From a virus (Duplodnaviria > Caudoviricetes), in IMG/VR virus record IMGVR_UViG_3300027986_000001, positions 35,897 to 99,896 of that record: a stretch of DNA of 64,000 nucleotides, one strand, 5' to 3'. Of this stretch, positions 9,082 through 18,089 are shown piece by piece. The notes beneath the pieces are model-generated. The model saw only the letters and a program-made list of their open reading frames with translations. It was not told the origin of the DNA and ran no database searches. A program made the position numbers and the translations under genes. Each line of letters begins with the position of its first letter. The first letter of the stretch is position 1.

Positions 9082-9280
9082 TCCATTCCTGCATCGCCTC
9101 AGCGGCGTGTTTCATGAGGAGATTTGCCAAGTGACGTGCTTGACGTGGAGAAAACACGATATGCCCCACGCCGTTCTCGTCTGGTTTTAGGTCTGGATGA
9201 TTGATGACGATCTCGAATCCGTTGCGGCCAACCTCTAGAACTCCGGCGTCAATGTCCGGTGGTTCTTTAAGCGCTGGCAC
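9062..9280 (-). CDS. Hypothetical protein
   Basis: GTG start at 9280 after GGAGG; overlaps the upstream gene. Confidence 0.55.
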   Translation of the reverse strand: MPALKEPPDIDAGVLEVGRNGFEIVINHPDLKPDENGVGHIVFSPRQARHLANLLMKHAAEAMQEWSDLHAR

Positions 9281-9521
9281 TCGGAGCCTCCGTGAAATCC
9301 ACGTAGTAGGACTTTCCAAGTTCCAACTGCTTCCATGCTTCGGGGTTGAGAATGCCAATGTTGATCTGCCCATTCGGCGTCCAGCGAAAGAACTTCTTGT
9401 TTTCCTCGCTGCCATCCGAAACGGCAATCATCTTGATGGATCGTAGTTCCTCAGAATCGGGATTGCGCGTATCACTCTTGCGGGTCTCGTAGCTTTCGAC
9501 TACAAACTTTGCTCGTACCAT
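9267..9521 (-). CDS. Conserved phage hypothetical protein
   Basis: MVRAKF..ENKKFFRWTPNG..YYVDFT family motif; SD GGAG before ATG 9521. Confidence 0.7.
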   Translation of the reverse strand: MVRAKFVVESYETRKSDTRNPDSEELRSIKMIAVSDGSEENKKFFRWTPNGQINIGILNPEAWKQLELGKSYYVDFTEAPSASA

Positions 9522-9618
9522 TGTTGTTCTCCATAGGATCGGTCGCTGGGTCATTTCATCCCGGTGCCGCCTATGTAGAGAATAACACGCGGCATTGCTA
9601 CCATATCGCTGAGATCCA

Positions 9619-12600
9619 ATGGCCGAGAAGAGTTTCCCTTTTATACATCGCGGAATTATCACCAGGACGACCACCTCGGAGCTTCCGCAGGGGGCAACTC
9701 AGTCCGAAGCCAATTGCGAATCACTCCAAGAAGGCAGCATCTGTTCCCGCGCGGGCATCCAGAGTCTTGGCAGCTCCTCTGGTCTAAACAGCCCTAGTGT
9801 TCGAAAATTCCGCATCGGCGCAACCGATTCGACAAACCCGCGCTACGTGCTGTCTGCGGCAGGCGGCAGCGGCATGAACCTGTACCGCACGGCTGCGCTG
9901 AACTTCTCCGCCCTGACCAATATTGCCTCGAACGTCAGCAGCACATCCCTGAAGGCCCAGCGGTTCAATCTGGCCTCTTACTCAGCGGGTACTTCGGGCC
10001 AACTGTGGGCCTTCATTTCTACTCCCCTGGCTATGCTCAAAGACCCCTCCCCTGGTACTAGTACCCCGCAGAACTGGGGAATCCTACCGGCCACGGGCGT
10101 TGCGCAGGCGTCGGCCTCGGGGACCGGAGTTCTGGATGGAGGTGCGTCGGGCAGTCCGAGCGGCTCATCGCCCTACGATTACATCTACTGCTACCGGAAC
10201 AAGACCACAGGCAACCAGGGAAACCCGTCGCAAACCATGCTTACGGTCAGTAATGCGACCAACGGGACGCCCGTAGCGGTTCACCTGCAGCAAATCACGG
10301 TCACGGTCTGGGGGTCCGGGGATGCTCAAATATCCGGCTCTGGCTCCATAGCGATCTACCGGCGCGGCGGCATCTTTACGGATGGTTTGTACCGCTTTGT
10401 TGGATATGCCACCAATCCGGGATCGGCAACATCCACGACGTTCGTGGATAACGCCTCGGATGTTTCGATTGAGCTCAATCCAACGGTCGAATTCGATAAC
10501 GATCCGCCGGTGCCCAGCGGCCTACAGAACCCCTATACCGGAGCCATACAAGCCAATAGCAGCGCCGGGTTCCAGACCGTCACCCTTAGCCCCGCCCTGC
10601 CCTCTGGGCTCACTCCGGGCAGCACAATGTTCTGTGTGGGAAACAAGGCTATCGAGACGGTGATTATTCTCTCGGTCGTCTCCAGTACACAGGTAGAAGC
10701 CTACTTCCAGTTGAACCACACGTCGGGCGAGATCTTCACAATTGACACGATCTGTAATCAGGCGCTGCCGTATTCGGTCTCGGCCTTCGACTCCATCTTC
10801 CTGGCTGGCGATCCGAACAACCCGCACATACTGTACAAATCCAAGACCGGGATGCCTGAATCGTTCCCGATCGAGGAAGCGGACGGCATCGCTGACGCCA
10901 TTATTGTGGGAAGCCCGGCTAACCCGATCCAGAACATCTGCGAGTTTCGCGACATGGTGGTGTCGTTAAACCTAAACTCGCTCTACGTGGTGCCCGTCAT
11001 CAGCGGCCAAATGCTCGCGCCATCGGAAGTTTCGCAGGGGCACGGGCTTCTCGATCCGTGGGCTTGGTGCAAGTCGGATAACGCTATCTGGTACCTGAGC
11101 AACGACGGCATCTATGAGTTTGACGGAAACAGCTCGCGTAAAATCTCCGAAGCGATCGACCAGCTATTCGTTGGAAGATCGCTTGGTAACTTGCCGCCGA
11201 TCAATTTCAATCCCACGACAACTCTGCCAATCTTCCGGCTGGAGTACTATCACCAGGAAATTTGGTTCTCCTACTTTGCCGTTGGCTTCGGGCAGATCTG
11301 TCTGCGCTATCAGGCTCTGTACAATCGCTGGATCATAGCGGAATTCAACGGCGGCGTGTCCGACCTATGGTTCGAGCCGGACACGGGGAATCTGATGGTC
11401 GCCGGGTTGCTAGGGGGCAACGCCTCCTTTGCCTTCGCCGACAAAGACGGAACCTCGGGGACGACGGATTACTGGAGCACGAACGGGACGGATGGGCAGG
11501 CGATTCCGGCGCAGTTTAAGACGGGATTCTTCTACCTGGATAGTCCGGCGGTGGACAAGCTATTCCAGGACATCATTCTGGAGTTGGATGCGCCTGCTCC
11601 GACTTCAACATCTAGCTATGTGACGGTCAGCGTCTACTACGACTTCAGCTCTACGGCAGCGGACACATTCACTCTGTCGGACAACGCAACAGCAGGGGTA
11701 ACGGGGCGGCACAGGGTGTCCCTGATGAATGCTCTGAGCGGCGGCGTGGGGCAGGGCGTAGAAGCCTATGCTGTTGCGTTCGAATTCATCGTTACCTGTA
11801 AGCAGCGGGTCACCTTTTACTCGCTGACCTTCCAATACGAAATCCTGGCTGAAGCGCAATCTGGCAAGCCGGGCCTGTGGCAAAATCTCGGCCATCCGTA
11901 CGATAAGCGACTACAAGAAGTCACAATCGAATATTCGAACTACGGATTCACAACGCTGACGGCCTACGTGGATATCATGTCGGGCATCAATAGCTTGACC
12001 GAGACAACGCAGATTGCATCAGCGGTTTTGGCTCCAACCCCCGCAGGAACGCGCGCCCTAGCTACGATCCCACTAGCCGACATCATTTGTAAGCTGTGCC
12101 GCATCACATACAAAAACAACGAAGGCGCGGCGGTTGTCATCAACGAGAGCAATGTCCTGCGGGTGTACGGAGACCCTAAGTGGTCCGCCGTGAACGATCC
12201 TCCGGATATTTTGGAGCAGACGCAATGGCGCGCGTACGGCCCATGTGAAAGCATTGCGCGTCAGGTGCGCTTGGCGATCGACACCGGAGGAGTTAACTGC
12301 ACCGTCGCCCTGCAAGGGGACGGCACTACCCAACAGTCGTTCACCGTCAACGCCACGGACTCCGACAGGAAGCGGTTTTTTTCAACCAATTCAAACCTGA
12401 TCTGTCGAATGTGGCGCTACACGTTCACCCCCGGATCGGGAGGCAAGGCCAAGGTATTCGAGAATGAACTAGACGCAATCCCGGAGCCGTGTCCTATAAC
12501 CTCAGTTTGGGACAGCTATGAGTTGGTCTTTTCCTACCAGGGATGGAAGGCGATCAAAATTCTCAACCTGCAATGGATTTGCGCCGCTAGCTCAACGCTC

Positions 12601-12867
12601 TCTATTTACCGCGAGGGGGATGCTCTGTTCTATGCAATAACCCTCCCGCCTCAGAGTACAAGAGATCCGCAAAGGTTTCTATTGCCGAGCCTCAATAGTG
12701 GCGTGCTAAACAAATCCAGATCGTACCGCATGGTGCTCAACGTAACGAGTCCGCTAAAGTTCTACCCTGACGGCTCGCGGATAGAGTGGATCGGGTTCGG
12801 GCTGCCGCGCCATCGTGCGCTGCAGCAACAGAAGCTATCGGAGCTTCTATCTCCTATGGCTGGTTAA
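9619..12867 (+). CDS. Tail nozzle / DNA-stabilisation-like virion protein
   Basis: 1082 aa; beta-propeller-like segments (IWYLSNDGIYEFDG, RKISEAI) typical of podoviral nozzle proteins; follows adaptors. Confidence 0.65.
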   Translation: MAEKSFPFIHRGIITRTTTSELPQGATQSEANCESLQEGSICSRAGIQSLGSSSGLNSPSVRKFRIGATDSTNPRYVLSAAGGSGMNLYRTAALNFSALTNIASNVSSTSLKAQRFNLASYSAGTSGQLWAFISTPLAMLKDPSPGTSTPQNWGILPATGVAQASASGTGVLDGGASGSPSGSSPYDYIYCYRNKTTGNQGNPSQTMLTVSNATNGTPVAVHLQQITVTVWGSGDAQISGSGSIAIYRRGGIFTDGLYRFVGYATNPGSATSTTFVDNASDVSIELNPTVEFDNDPPVPSGLQNPYTGAIQANSSAGFQTVTLSPALPSGLTPGSTMFCVGNKAIETVIILSVVSSTQVEAYFQLNHTSGEIFTIDTICNQALPYSVSAFDSIFLAGDPNNPHILYKSKTGMPESFPIEEADGIADAIIVGSPANPIQNICEFRDMVVSLNLNSLYVVPVISGQMLAPSEVSQGHGLLDPWAWCKSDNAIWYLSNDGIYEFDGNSSRKISEAIDQLFVGRSLGNLPPINFNPTTTLPIFRLEYYHQEIWFSYFAVGFGQICLRYQALYNRWIIAEFNGGVSDLWFEPDTGNLMVAGLLGGNASFAFADKDGTSGTTDYWSTNGTDGQAIPAQFKTGFFYLDSPAVDKLFQDIILELDAPAPTSTSSYVTVSVYYDFSSTAADTFTLSDNATAGVTGRHRVSLMNALSGGVGQGVEAYAVAFEFIVTCKQRVTFYSLTFQYEILAEAQSGKPGLWQNLGHPYDKRLQEVTIEYSNYGFTTLTAYVDIMSGINSLTETTQIASAVLAPTPAGTRALATIPLADIICKLCRITYKNNEGAAVVINESNVLRVYGDPKWSAVNDPPDILEQTQWRAYGPCESIARQVRLAIDTGGVNCTVALQGDGTTQQSFTVNATDSDRKRFFSTNSNLICRMWRYTFTPGSGGKAKVFENELDAIPEPCPITSVWDSYELVFSYQGWKAIKILNLQWICAASSTLSIYREGDALFYAITLPPQSTRDPQRFLLPSLNSGVLNKSRSYRMVLNVTSPLKFYPDGSRIEWIGFGLPRHRALQQQKLSELLSPMAG

Positions 12868-13364
12868 ATATGTCTCCAGATGCGCCTGGATATTATCATA
12901 GAGATCAGGGATGGGGTGACGCGAAAACGCTTGGCAATGTGCTCCATGTCAAGGCTTCCACTTGCATGGATATTGCGTATCTGGCGTACCTTCTCATCAC
13001 TCAACTTGGCCCAATAGTTATTGGACCCCTGGTTTATCCTCCCCTTTCTGGAGGCATCGCGCATATTATCTAGCTGGTCTCCCTTGAACAGATGCTTACC
13101 GTTGCAGCAAGCAGGGAAATCGCAAGAATGAAGCACGCTAAGAGGATAAGCGTCTTCGCCATGAGTAACCCTAAACGCTATTCGACTGGCAAGCCAGCAG
13201 CGGTTGTTTGGCTTGCCAAGCATGAACTGCCCATACCCTGTCTTGTTTCGGGATGCTTTCCACGGCCAGCACTCGTCCGGGCCGCGCACGTCTACGTGGG
13301 ACCAGAATCGTTCTATGTCCCTATCGGACAGTGATGGGATTGGGATAGGATATCTTAGAGCCAT
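12864..13364 (-). CDS. HNH homing endonuclease with C-terminal HTH
   Basis: RFWSHVD..CWPW..GYG..VLHSCDFPACCNGKHLFKG..DNMRD; antisense insertion in the late operon. Confidence 0.9.
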   Translation of the reverse strand: MALRYPIPIPSLSDRDIERFWSHVDVRGPDECWPWKASRNKTGYGQFMLGKPNNRCWLASRIAFRVTHGEDAYPLSVLHSCDFPACCNGKHLFKGDQLDNMRDASRKGRINQGSNNYWAKLSDEKVRQIRNIHASGSLDMEHIAKRFRVTPSLISMIISRRIWRHI

Positions 13365-13454
13365 GCGGCCTCCTCTTAGGTCGATTGCTTAGTTCCGTGG
13401 AGATGATTGACGCCATCTCCACGGAATGCTTTAGGGCAGCACCGTGCTAATAAT

Positions 13455-14000
13455 ATGGCTACCGCCAAAAATGCGATAACCAAACAGCAGCAAGCCGTGC
13501 CTCAATTGAAAGCCTCCGATTTCGAAGGCAACTGCGCTCGGGTGAATCATGTAATTCGAATCATTTGGGGCAAGGCGGTTTCCGCCGCCAATGCCGCCGC
13601 TGGCGCAACCGGCGCTCAAGGTCCAGCGGGGCCAGCCGGAGCGCCGGGAGGGCTGGGAACATACACCCAGATCACTCCCAGTGGAACCACGGCCACGCCC
13701 AGCCTGAGCGGAGGAAGTTGGAGCGTAACCGAAGTCCTCCTAAATAATTCTTCTCCTATCACGATCCAGAACGTGACCGGCGGCTCTACGTGCATGTTCT
13801 GGGTGCTCGTGCTTAAGCAGGACGCGACTGGGGGAAGGCAGGTAGCCTTCCCGGCCAGCGGATCTACCTATGCCGGAGTAACCGATCAGGTCGGAGCCTT
13901 AGACCAGACAGCCAGTACTTACTCGGTGCTAGTATTCGTAGTGAGGCCGGACGGAAAATCAATGCTATTGGGAGTCCCAATCAGCGGGGAGCCGTACTAA
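13455..14000 (+). CDS. Short tail fibre/spike-associated protein with collagen-like segment
   Basis: GATGAQGPAGPAGAPGG; C-terminal LKQDATGGRQVAFP motif seen in tail-fibre proteins. Confidence 0.6.
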   Translation: MATAKNAITKQQQAVPQLKASDFEGNCARVNHVIRIIWGKAVSAANAAAGATGAQGPAGPAGAPGGLGTYTQITPSGTTATPSLSGGSWSVTEVLLNNSSPITIQNVTGGSTCMFWVLVLKQDATGGRQVAFPASGSTYAGVTDQVGALDQTASTYSVLVFVVRPDGKSMLLGVPISGEPY

Positions 14001-15979
14001 TGGGAAAAGTCATAATTTTGTCCTTGCTTGCGGGCCTAAGCATATCAAATTGCCAGACGGCCCATTTCTCTATCATTGAGGGGAGCGCCACCGGGAACGC
14101 CTTAAATATCAACGGCCCCACGTCGGGCAACGGAGAGGTCGTTCTCAACCCCGGAAACGTAGCGGGGCTGGCCTATGTCTTGGTCAATAACGCCCGCACG
14201 GACCAGCCATCTCTGATTGTGTCCCAGCAAAGGGCGGGGAATATAACCTCGGCGGCGGTATTTGAAATCTTCGACAGTTCGGGAGATCCGGTGTTCGCAG
14301 TTGCGGGTTCTGGAGCCCCTGGTTGGCCCACTGGTCCAGGACCAAACGGGGTGACGATCGAGGGAGATGTAGTTCCCGCGACCGATAACACCTTCAATTT
14401 GGGACATGACACGGGCACCTCCAGCGGGAACTTTGGGTGGCTGAACATCATCGGGCACAATCATTCCTGGATAGCGGGTGATGGAACTGTGACGGCGATC
14501 AAGTCGCCAGCCACCGGGGCCAATCTGTTTCTCGTTCTTCCAAATGCTGCCCCTTCTGCGGTAGGCAATGCGCTAGTGGTGAATAACATTGCCGGGAGTA
14601 CGTACACGCTTGCGTGGGGTGGCGCTAGCGGATGCCCAGGAGGCTCAACGACAGAGATCCAATACAACAACGGATCAGGTGGATGCTCCGGAGACGCCGA
14701 TCTGCTTTGGGACCCTACGGCCAAGGCTTTGCTGTTAACGGAGAAATCCGGCGGAAGTACTGGCAGGGACATCCAGTTAGCCGCTGGGGGGACTGGTGAG
14801 GTCTTTGGGGTGAATGGATCAGCCGCGTCAGTACTGCCAGGAGCAATATTCAGTCTTGGAGGCATTGTCCCGGAAGCGGACGATGCAGCTACTGTGGGGG
14901 CTGGATCGGGAGCCTTCAAGCAATCGTATACGTACGATACCTACGCCCAGAGGCAGTTTATCTGCCCAACGGGAAGTAACTTTTCATCCATCGGCGTAAA
15001 CTCCTGCCCGTATTTAGGTACCGTGGGTACGGCATTTCTAAATATCAACACAAGCCTAGCATCGGGAAATCCTCCGTTCGTTCAGTTCGTTGCGAACTCT
15101 TTAACTTCTCAGTTCTATGCGCAGTTCAACGGAGCGGTGATTCCGAACGTAAATAACCACTTTTCTCTGGGTACAGGTAGCTTTGTCTGGAGCAATACTT
15201 TCACTGAGACGCTGACAAACGTAGGGGGATCGACTTCAATCAACGGCCTGACCTACAACTGGCCCAACGCACAAGCGGCAGGGTATTTTCACAATGACGG
15301 CAGCGGAAATATCAGCTTCACCGCGAGCGCTGGCGGGGTGAGCAGCCTCGATGGCCTTACGGGTGCTCTGAATCTGGCGGGGGCAGGCGGAATCTCGATC
15401 AGCCAAGTTGGCAGCACTATAACCATTACCGGGCCTGGAGGCGGCGTAGTGAATTCGCTCAACTCCCTCACAGGTGCGCTCAGTATAGTTGGGACACCTA
15501 ATGAGATCTCAGTAACCCCGAGCGGCAGCTCTATTACGCTGGCTACGCCTCAAGTCATTTGCACCACCTGCGCGGTAACCTTCGACAATATAACAGGCAC
15601 AACGTTGGGGACTTTTGGGCGCATAAACGTGGGCTCGAATATCAGCATATTGGCCAGTGGCATCATCAACACATTTCAGCTTACGGCTGCCGGATTCGTG
15701 AACGCAGGGGACTTATCAGTGACTGGCCCCGGAACCTCAGCCACCATTTCCAGTTCGGCTGCCGTGGCCTTACAGGTCACTGGTGGGGCTACGTTCGGAG
15801 GCGGGGCGGCTGGCATAGGCAGCAGCGGAGTAGCGGCTCCGTGCAGCCCGCCCAGCGTCACGTATTTCGCGGCAGGGGCTGCCGGACAGAGTGTAACGCG
15901 CACCGTACGTAATTCGGCGGGTACCGGCACTTGCACTATTATCTACACGTGTGGGATAGAGACAGGAGGGACGTGTTGA
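14000..15979 (+). CDS. Tail fibre-like protein with N-terminal signal peptide
   Basis: VPATDNTFNLG-type repeats, PGGSTTEIQYNNG, GVSSLDGLTGAL shaft motifs; MGKVIILSLLAGLSISNC-Q leader. Confidence 0.7.
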   Translation: MGKVIILSLLAGLSISNCQTAHFSIIEGSATGNALNINGPTSGNGEVVLNPGNVAGLAYVLVNNARTDQPSLIVSQQRAGNITSAAVFEIFDSSGDPVFAVAGSGAPGWPTGPGPNGVTIEGDVVPATDNTFNLGHDTGTSSGNFGWLNIIGHNHSWIAGDGTVTAIKSPATGANLFLVLPNAAPSAVGNALVVNNIAGSTYTLAWGGASGCPGGSTTEIQYNNGSGGCSGDADLLWDPTAKALLLTEKSGGSTGRDIQLAAGGTGEVFGVNGSAASVLPGAIFSLGGIVPEADDAATVGAGSGAFKQSYTYDTYAQRQFICPTGSNFSSIGVNSCPYLGTVGTAFLNINTSLASGNPPFVQFVANSLTSQFYAQFNGAVIPNVNNHFSLGTGSFVWSNTFTETLTNVGGSTSINGLTYNWPNAQAAGYFHNDGSGNISFTASAGGVSSLDGLTGALNLAGAGGISISQVGSTITITGPGGGVVNSLNSLTGALSIVGTPNEISVTPSGSSITLATPQVICTTCAVTFDNITGTTLGTFGRINVGSNISILASGIINTFQLTAAGFVNAGDLSVTGPGTSATISSSAAVALQVTGGATFGGGAAGIGSSGVAAPCSPPSVTYFAAGAAGQSVTRTVRNSAGTGTCTIIYTCGIETGGTC

Positions 15980-15980
15980 C

Positions 15981-16334
15981 ATGAAGAGAGCTATTTGGTT
16001 TTTGGCTGTTGCGACTATGCTTCGCGCCGAGGAGGTGAAGCCCACTCCGCCGGTAGAAACCACTTCCGAGGAGAACGCTATCCTCTACAAGATTGTCGCC
16101 GAGGTTAAGCTCTTGCAGGAGTACCAGAAAGAAGTCGCTCAGCAGCTATCCGAAAAGCAGAAGGAATGGGACGAGGAGCAGGCGGTAATCTTTGCGAGAG
16201 TCGGCAAGAAGGCGGACGAGGTTCAGCTTCAGGAAGATCCCAAATCCAAACCCCGCCCACACTGGGTAGTGGCCCAAATACCGCCTAAGCCAGAACCCCA
16301 AAAGGCCGCCCCTCCCGCTAGTGGAAATCGGTGA
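15981..16334 (+). CDS. Exported coiled-coil protein (possible fibre chaperone)
   Basis: SD AGGAGG; signal peptide MKRAIWFLAVATMLRA; heptad-like EQK-rich core; directly follows the fibre gene. Confidence 0.6.
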   Translation: MKRAIWFLAVATMLRAEEVKPTPPVETTSEENAILYKIVAEVKLLQEYQKEVAQQLSEKQKEWDEEQAVIFARVGKKADEVQLQEDPKSKPRPHWVVAQIPPKPEPQKAAPPASGNR

Positions 16335-16737
16335 TCGTGACCGTGCTCCCAGATGGTACTAACTCGATCGTAACGGCATTTAGGGTAATGTCGTCAAAGT
16401 AAAACATGGCCGTAGGCGGCCACGGAACGTGGATCTTCCCATTGGGATCGAACGGCTGGGTAGCGGGAATTAGCTGGCTGGCAGACAGGGAAGATCCGCT
16501 TGAATCGGTGTACTGTATCGTGACAAGAAAGTCGGTATCTCCCTTTGGGTCTTGCCTCACCGCTACCTCGACCCTTTGCCGACAAGTCTGCCCCAGGAAT
16601 TCGTACCACGGAGCCAGTTGCTTGCATATTGCTGCGGTGACGTGGCGGACCACGTTTGTGCGGTTAACTTTCTGGCTGTCGGCCTTGGCTGCGATCGGCG
16701 CAAGAACGAATATCAAAACGGCGGCTAGTTGTCTCAT
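16318..16737 (-). CDS. Secreted hypothetical protein (moron-like)
   Basis: Signal peptide MRQLAAVLIFVLAPIAAKA; own promoter and SD AGGAG. Confidence 0.7.
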   Translation of the reverse strand: MRQLAAVLIFVLAPIAAKADSQKVNRTNVVRHVTAAICKQLAPWYEFLGQTCRQRVEVAVRQDPKGDTDFLVTIQYTDSSGSSLSASQLIPATQPFDPNGKIHVPWPPTAMFYFDDITLNAVTIELVPSGSTVTITDFH

Positions 16738-16758
16738 AGTGTTTTCTCCTTCGGCCCG

Positions 16759-16795
16759 ATGATGACCGAGAGCGGATCTGAAGTCAAGAGTTTTG
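16759..16795 (-). promoter_or_regulatory. Phage leftward promoter (CAAAACTCTTGACT-17-CATCAT)
   Basis: Shared extended -35 motif, 17-nt spacer. Confidence 0.65.
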
Positions 16796-16850
16796 CTTCA
16801 GGCGGAAAGCACTTGCCGATCTAAGCCCAACTCTCTAAACTCGTTAAGCG

Positions 16851-17423
16851 ATGGCGGCGGCGATTCAAATCAACGCACTACAAAAGCAACTCTTTCTCCG
16901 CAATAGCGTAGAGGACGATGTGCTGGCCGAATTCTACCTGCGCATGAAAGATGAGCGTCTCTTACATTGGCTCTATTACCAAACGGTTCCCACGCTGGGC
17001 GAGTTTCTTTCTTCCCATCGAAGGACAGACCTTGTTTACCTCGCTGGGTACGCCAGTAAAATATTAGACTGCTCAGAGCCGGAACTTTGCGGCATGTGCT
17101 GGGCCGAATCGATTCAGCGGCTGCCCGGCCTGTCGAAAGCTCAGGTGGGTATGGCGTACTTCCGTGAGTACCAGCGGGACGACACAGCTCTTGAGCTGGC
17201 AAGAATGTCGGTCGATTTCGCGTTCGATACAGTGCGTCTGGATGTCCTCTTGGGGACGACCCCCGTAAAGAATCGGGCGGCGTGCATTTTCACTGAGCGC
17301 GTCGGATTCCAGCGGATCGGCATAGCGCCGGACTACGTGTCGTTCTGGGGCGAAAGGTCCGCTGCGGTGCTCAGTGTACTCACCAAGGACCACTGGGGGA
17401 AGATACAGAGAGGTCAGGCATGA
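16851..17423 (+). CDS. GNAT-family acetyltransferase-like protein
   Basis: LLGTTPVKNRAACIFTERVGFQRIG motif B; position before ejection genes as in many podoviruses. Confidence 0.75.
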   Translation: MAAAIQINALQKQLFLRNSVEDDVLAEFYLRMKDERLLHWLYYQTVPTLGEFLSSHRRTDLVYLAGYASKILDCSEPELCGMCWAESIQRLPGLSKAQVGMAYFREYQRDDTALELARMSVDFAFDTVRLDVLLGTTPVKNRAACIFTERVGFQRIGIAPDYVSFWGERSAAVLSVLTKDHWGKIQRGQA

Positions 17424-17986
17424 GCGGCCCCGGACAGGCTTACAATAACGCGCAAAACACACAGGCTCAAGTCTCGCAAGAGCAGCTCAATATAGCCGAG
17501 CAGCAGCAGGCACTGCAGCAGCAAAATTACCAGCGCGCGCTTACTCTGGAGCAGCCGCTCATAACACAGCAGACGGCGCTGGCTACCGGATCGCCACAAG
17601 CAGCCCTGCAAGCCGTGTCTCCGCAAGTAGGCCAGATCTCTGCGGGGTTCAACGCCTCAAAAGAAGCAATCATGAACTCCGTTCCCGCCGGACCGGCGCG
17701 GGACTACGCCCTTAGCCAGTTGCCGCTACAGAAAGACACTGCCATTGGCGGCGTGCTTGGCAGCGCGGTGGCGGCTGCCCCCAAAGAGCTAGCCAGTATA
17801 GGCTCCGGGTTTGGCGGACTAAGCCTCCAAGAGTTAGGCGGCGCTTTGTCTGGCCTGAGCGGCGCTGGGACAACATCGGCAAATATCGCGAATCAGAGTA
17901 ACCAAGCCAAGGCAAATCAGCTCGGCTTGTACGGGAGTTTGGCTGGAGCCGCTGGCAATGCTATTGGCGGCGCTGGCTTTCTTTAG
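17420..17986 (+). CDS. Putative DNA-ejection (internal virion) protein
   Basis: Q/A/G-rich with C-terminal Gly-zipper; ATGA overlap with GNAT; possible +1 extension to 18080. Confidence 0.65.
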   Translation: MSGPGQAYNNAQNTQAQVSQEQLNIAEQQQALQQQNYQRALTLEQPLITQQTALATGSPQAALQAVSPQVGQISAGFNASKEAIMNSVPAGPARDYALSQLPLQKDTAIGGVLGSAVAAAPKELASIGSGFGGLSLQELGGALSGLSGAGTTSANIANQSNQAKANQLGLYGSLAGAAGNAIGGAGFL

Positions 17987-18089
17987 CGGCGCTAGCAGTG
18001 GCGGGGGATATATGGGAGGCGAGGAGATGGGGATTACCGGAGGCGCTCCTCCCGGCGCTCTTTCGTCAGCGTTCGGGTAGGCTGGATAA

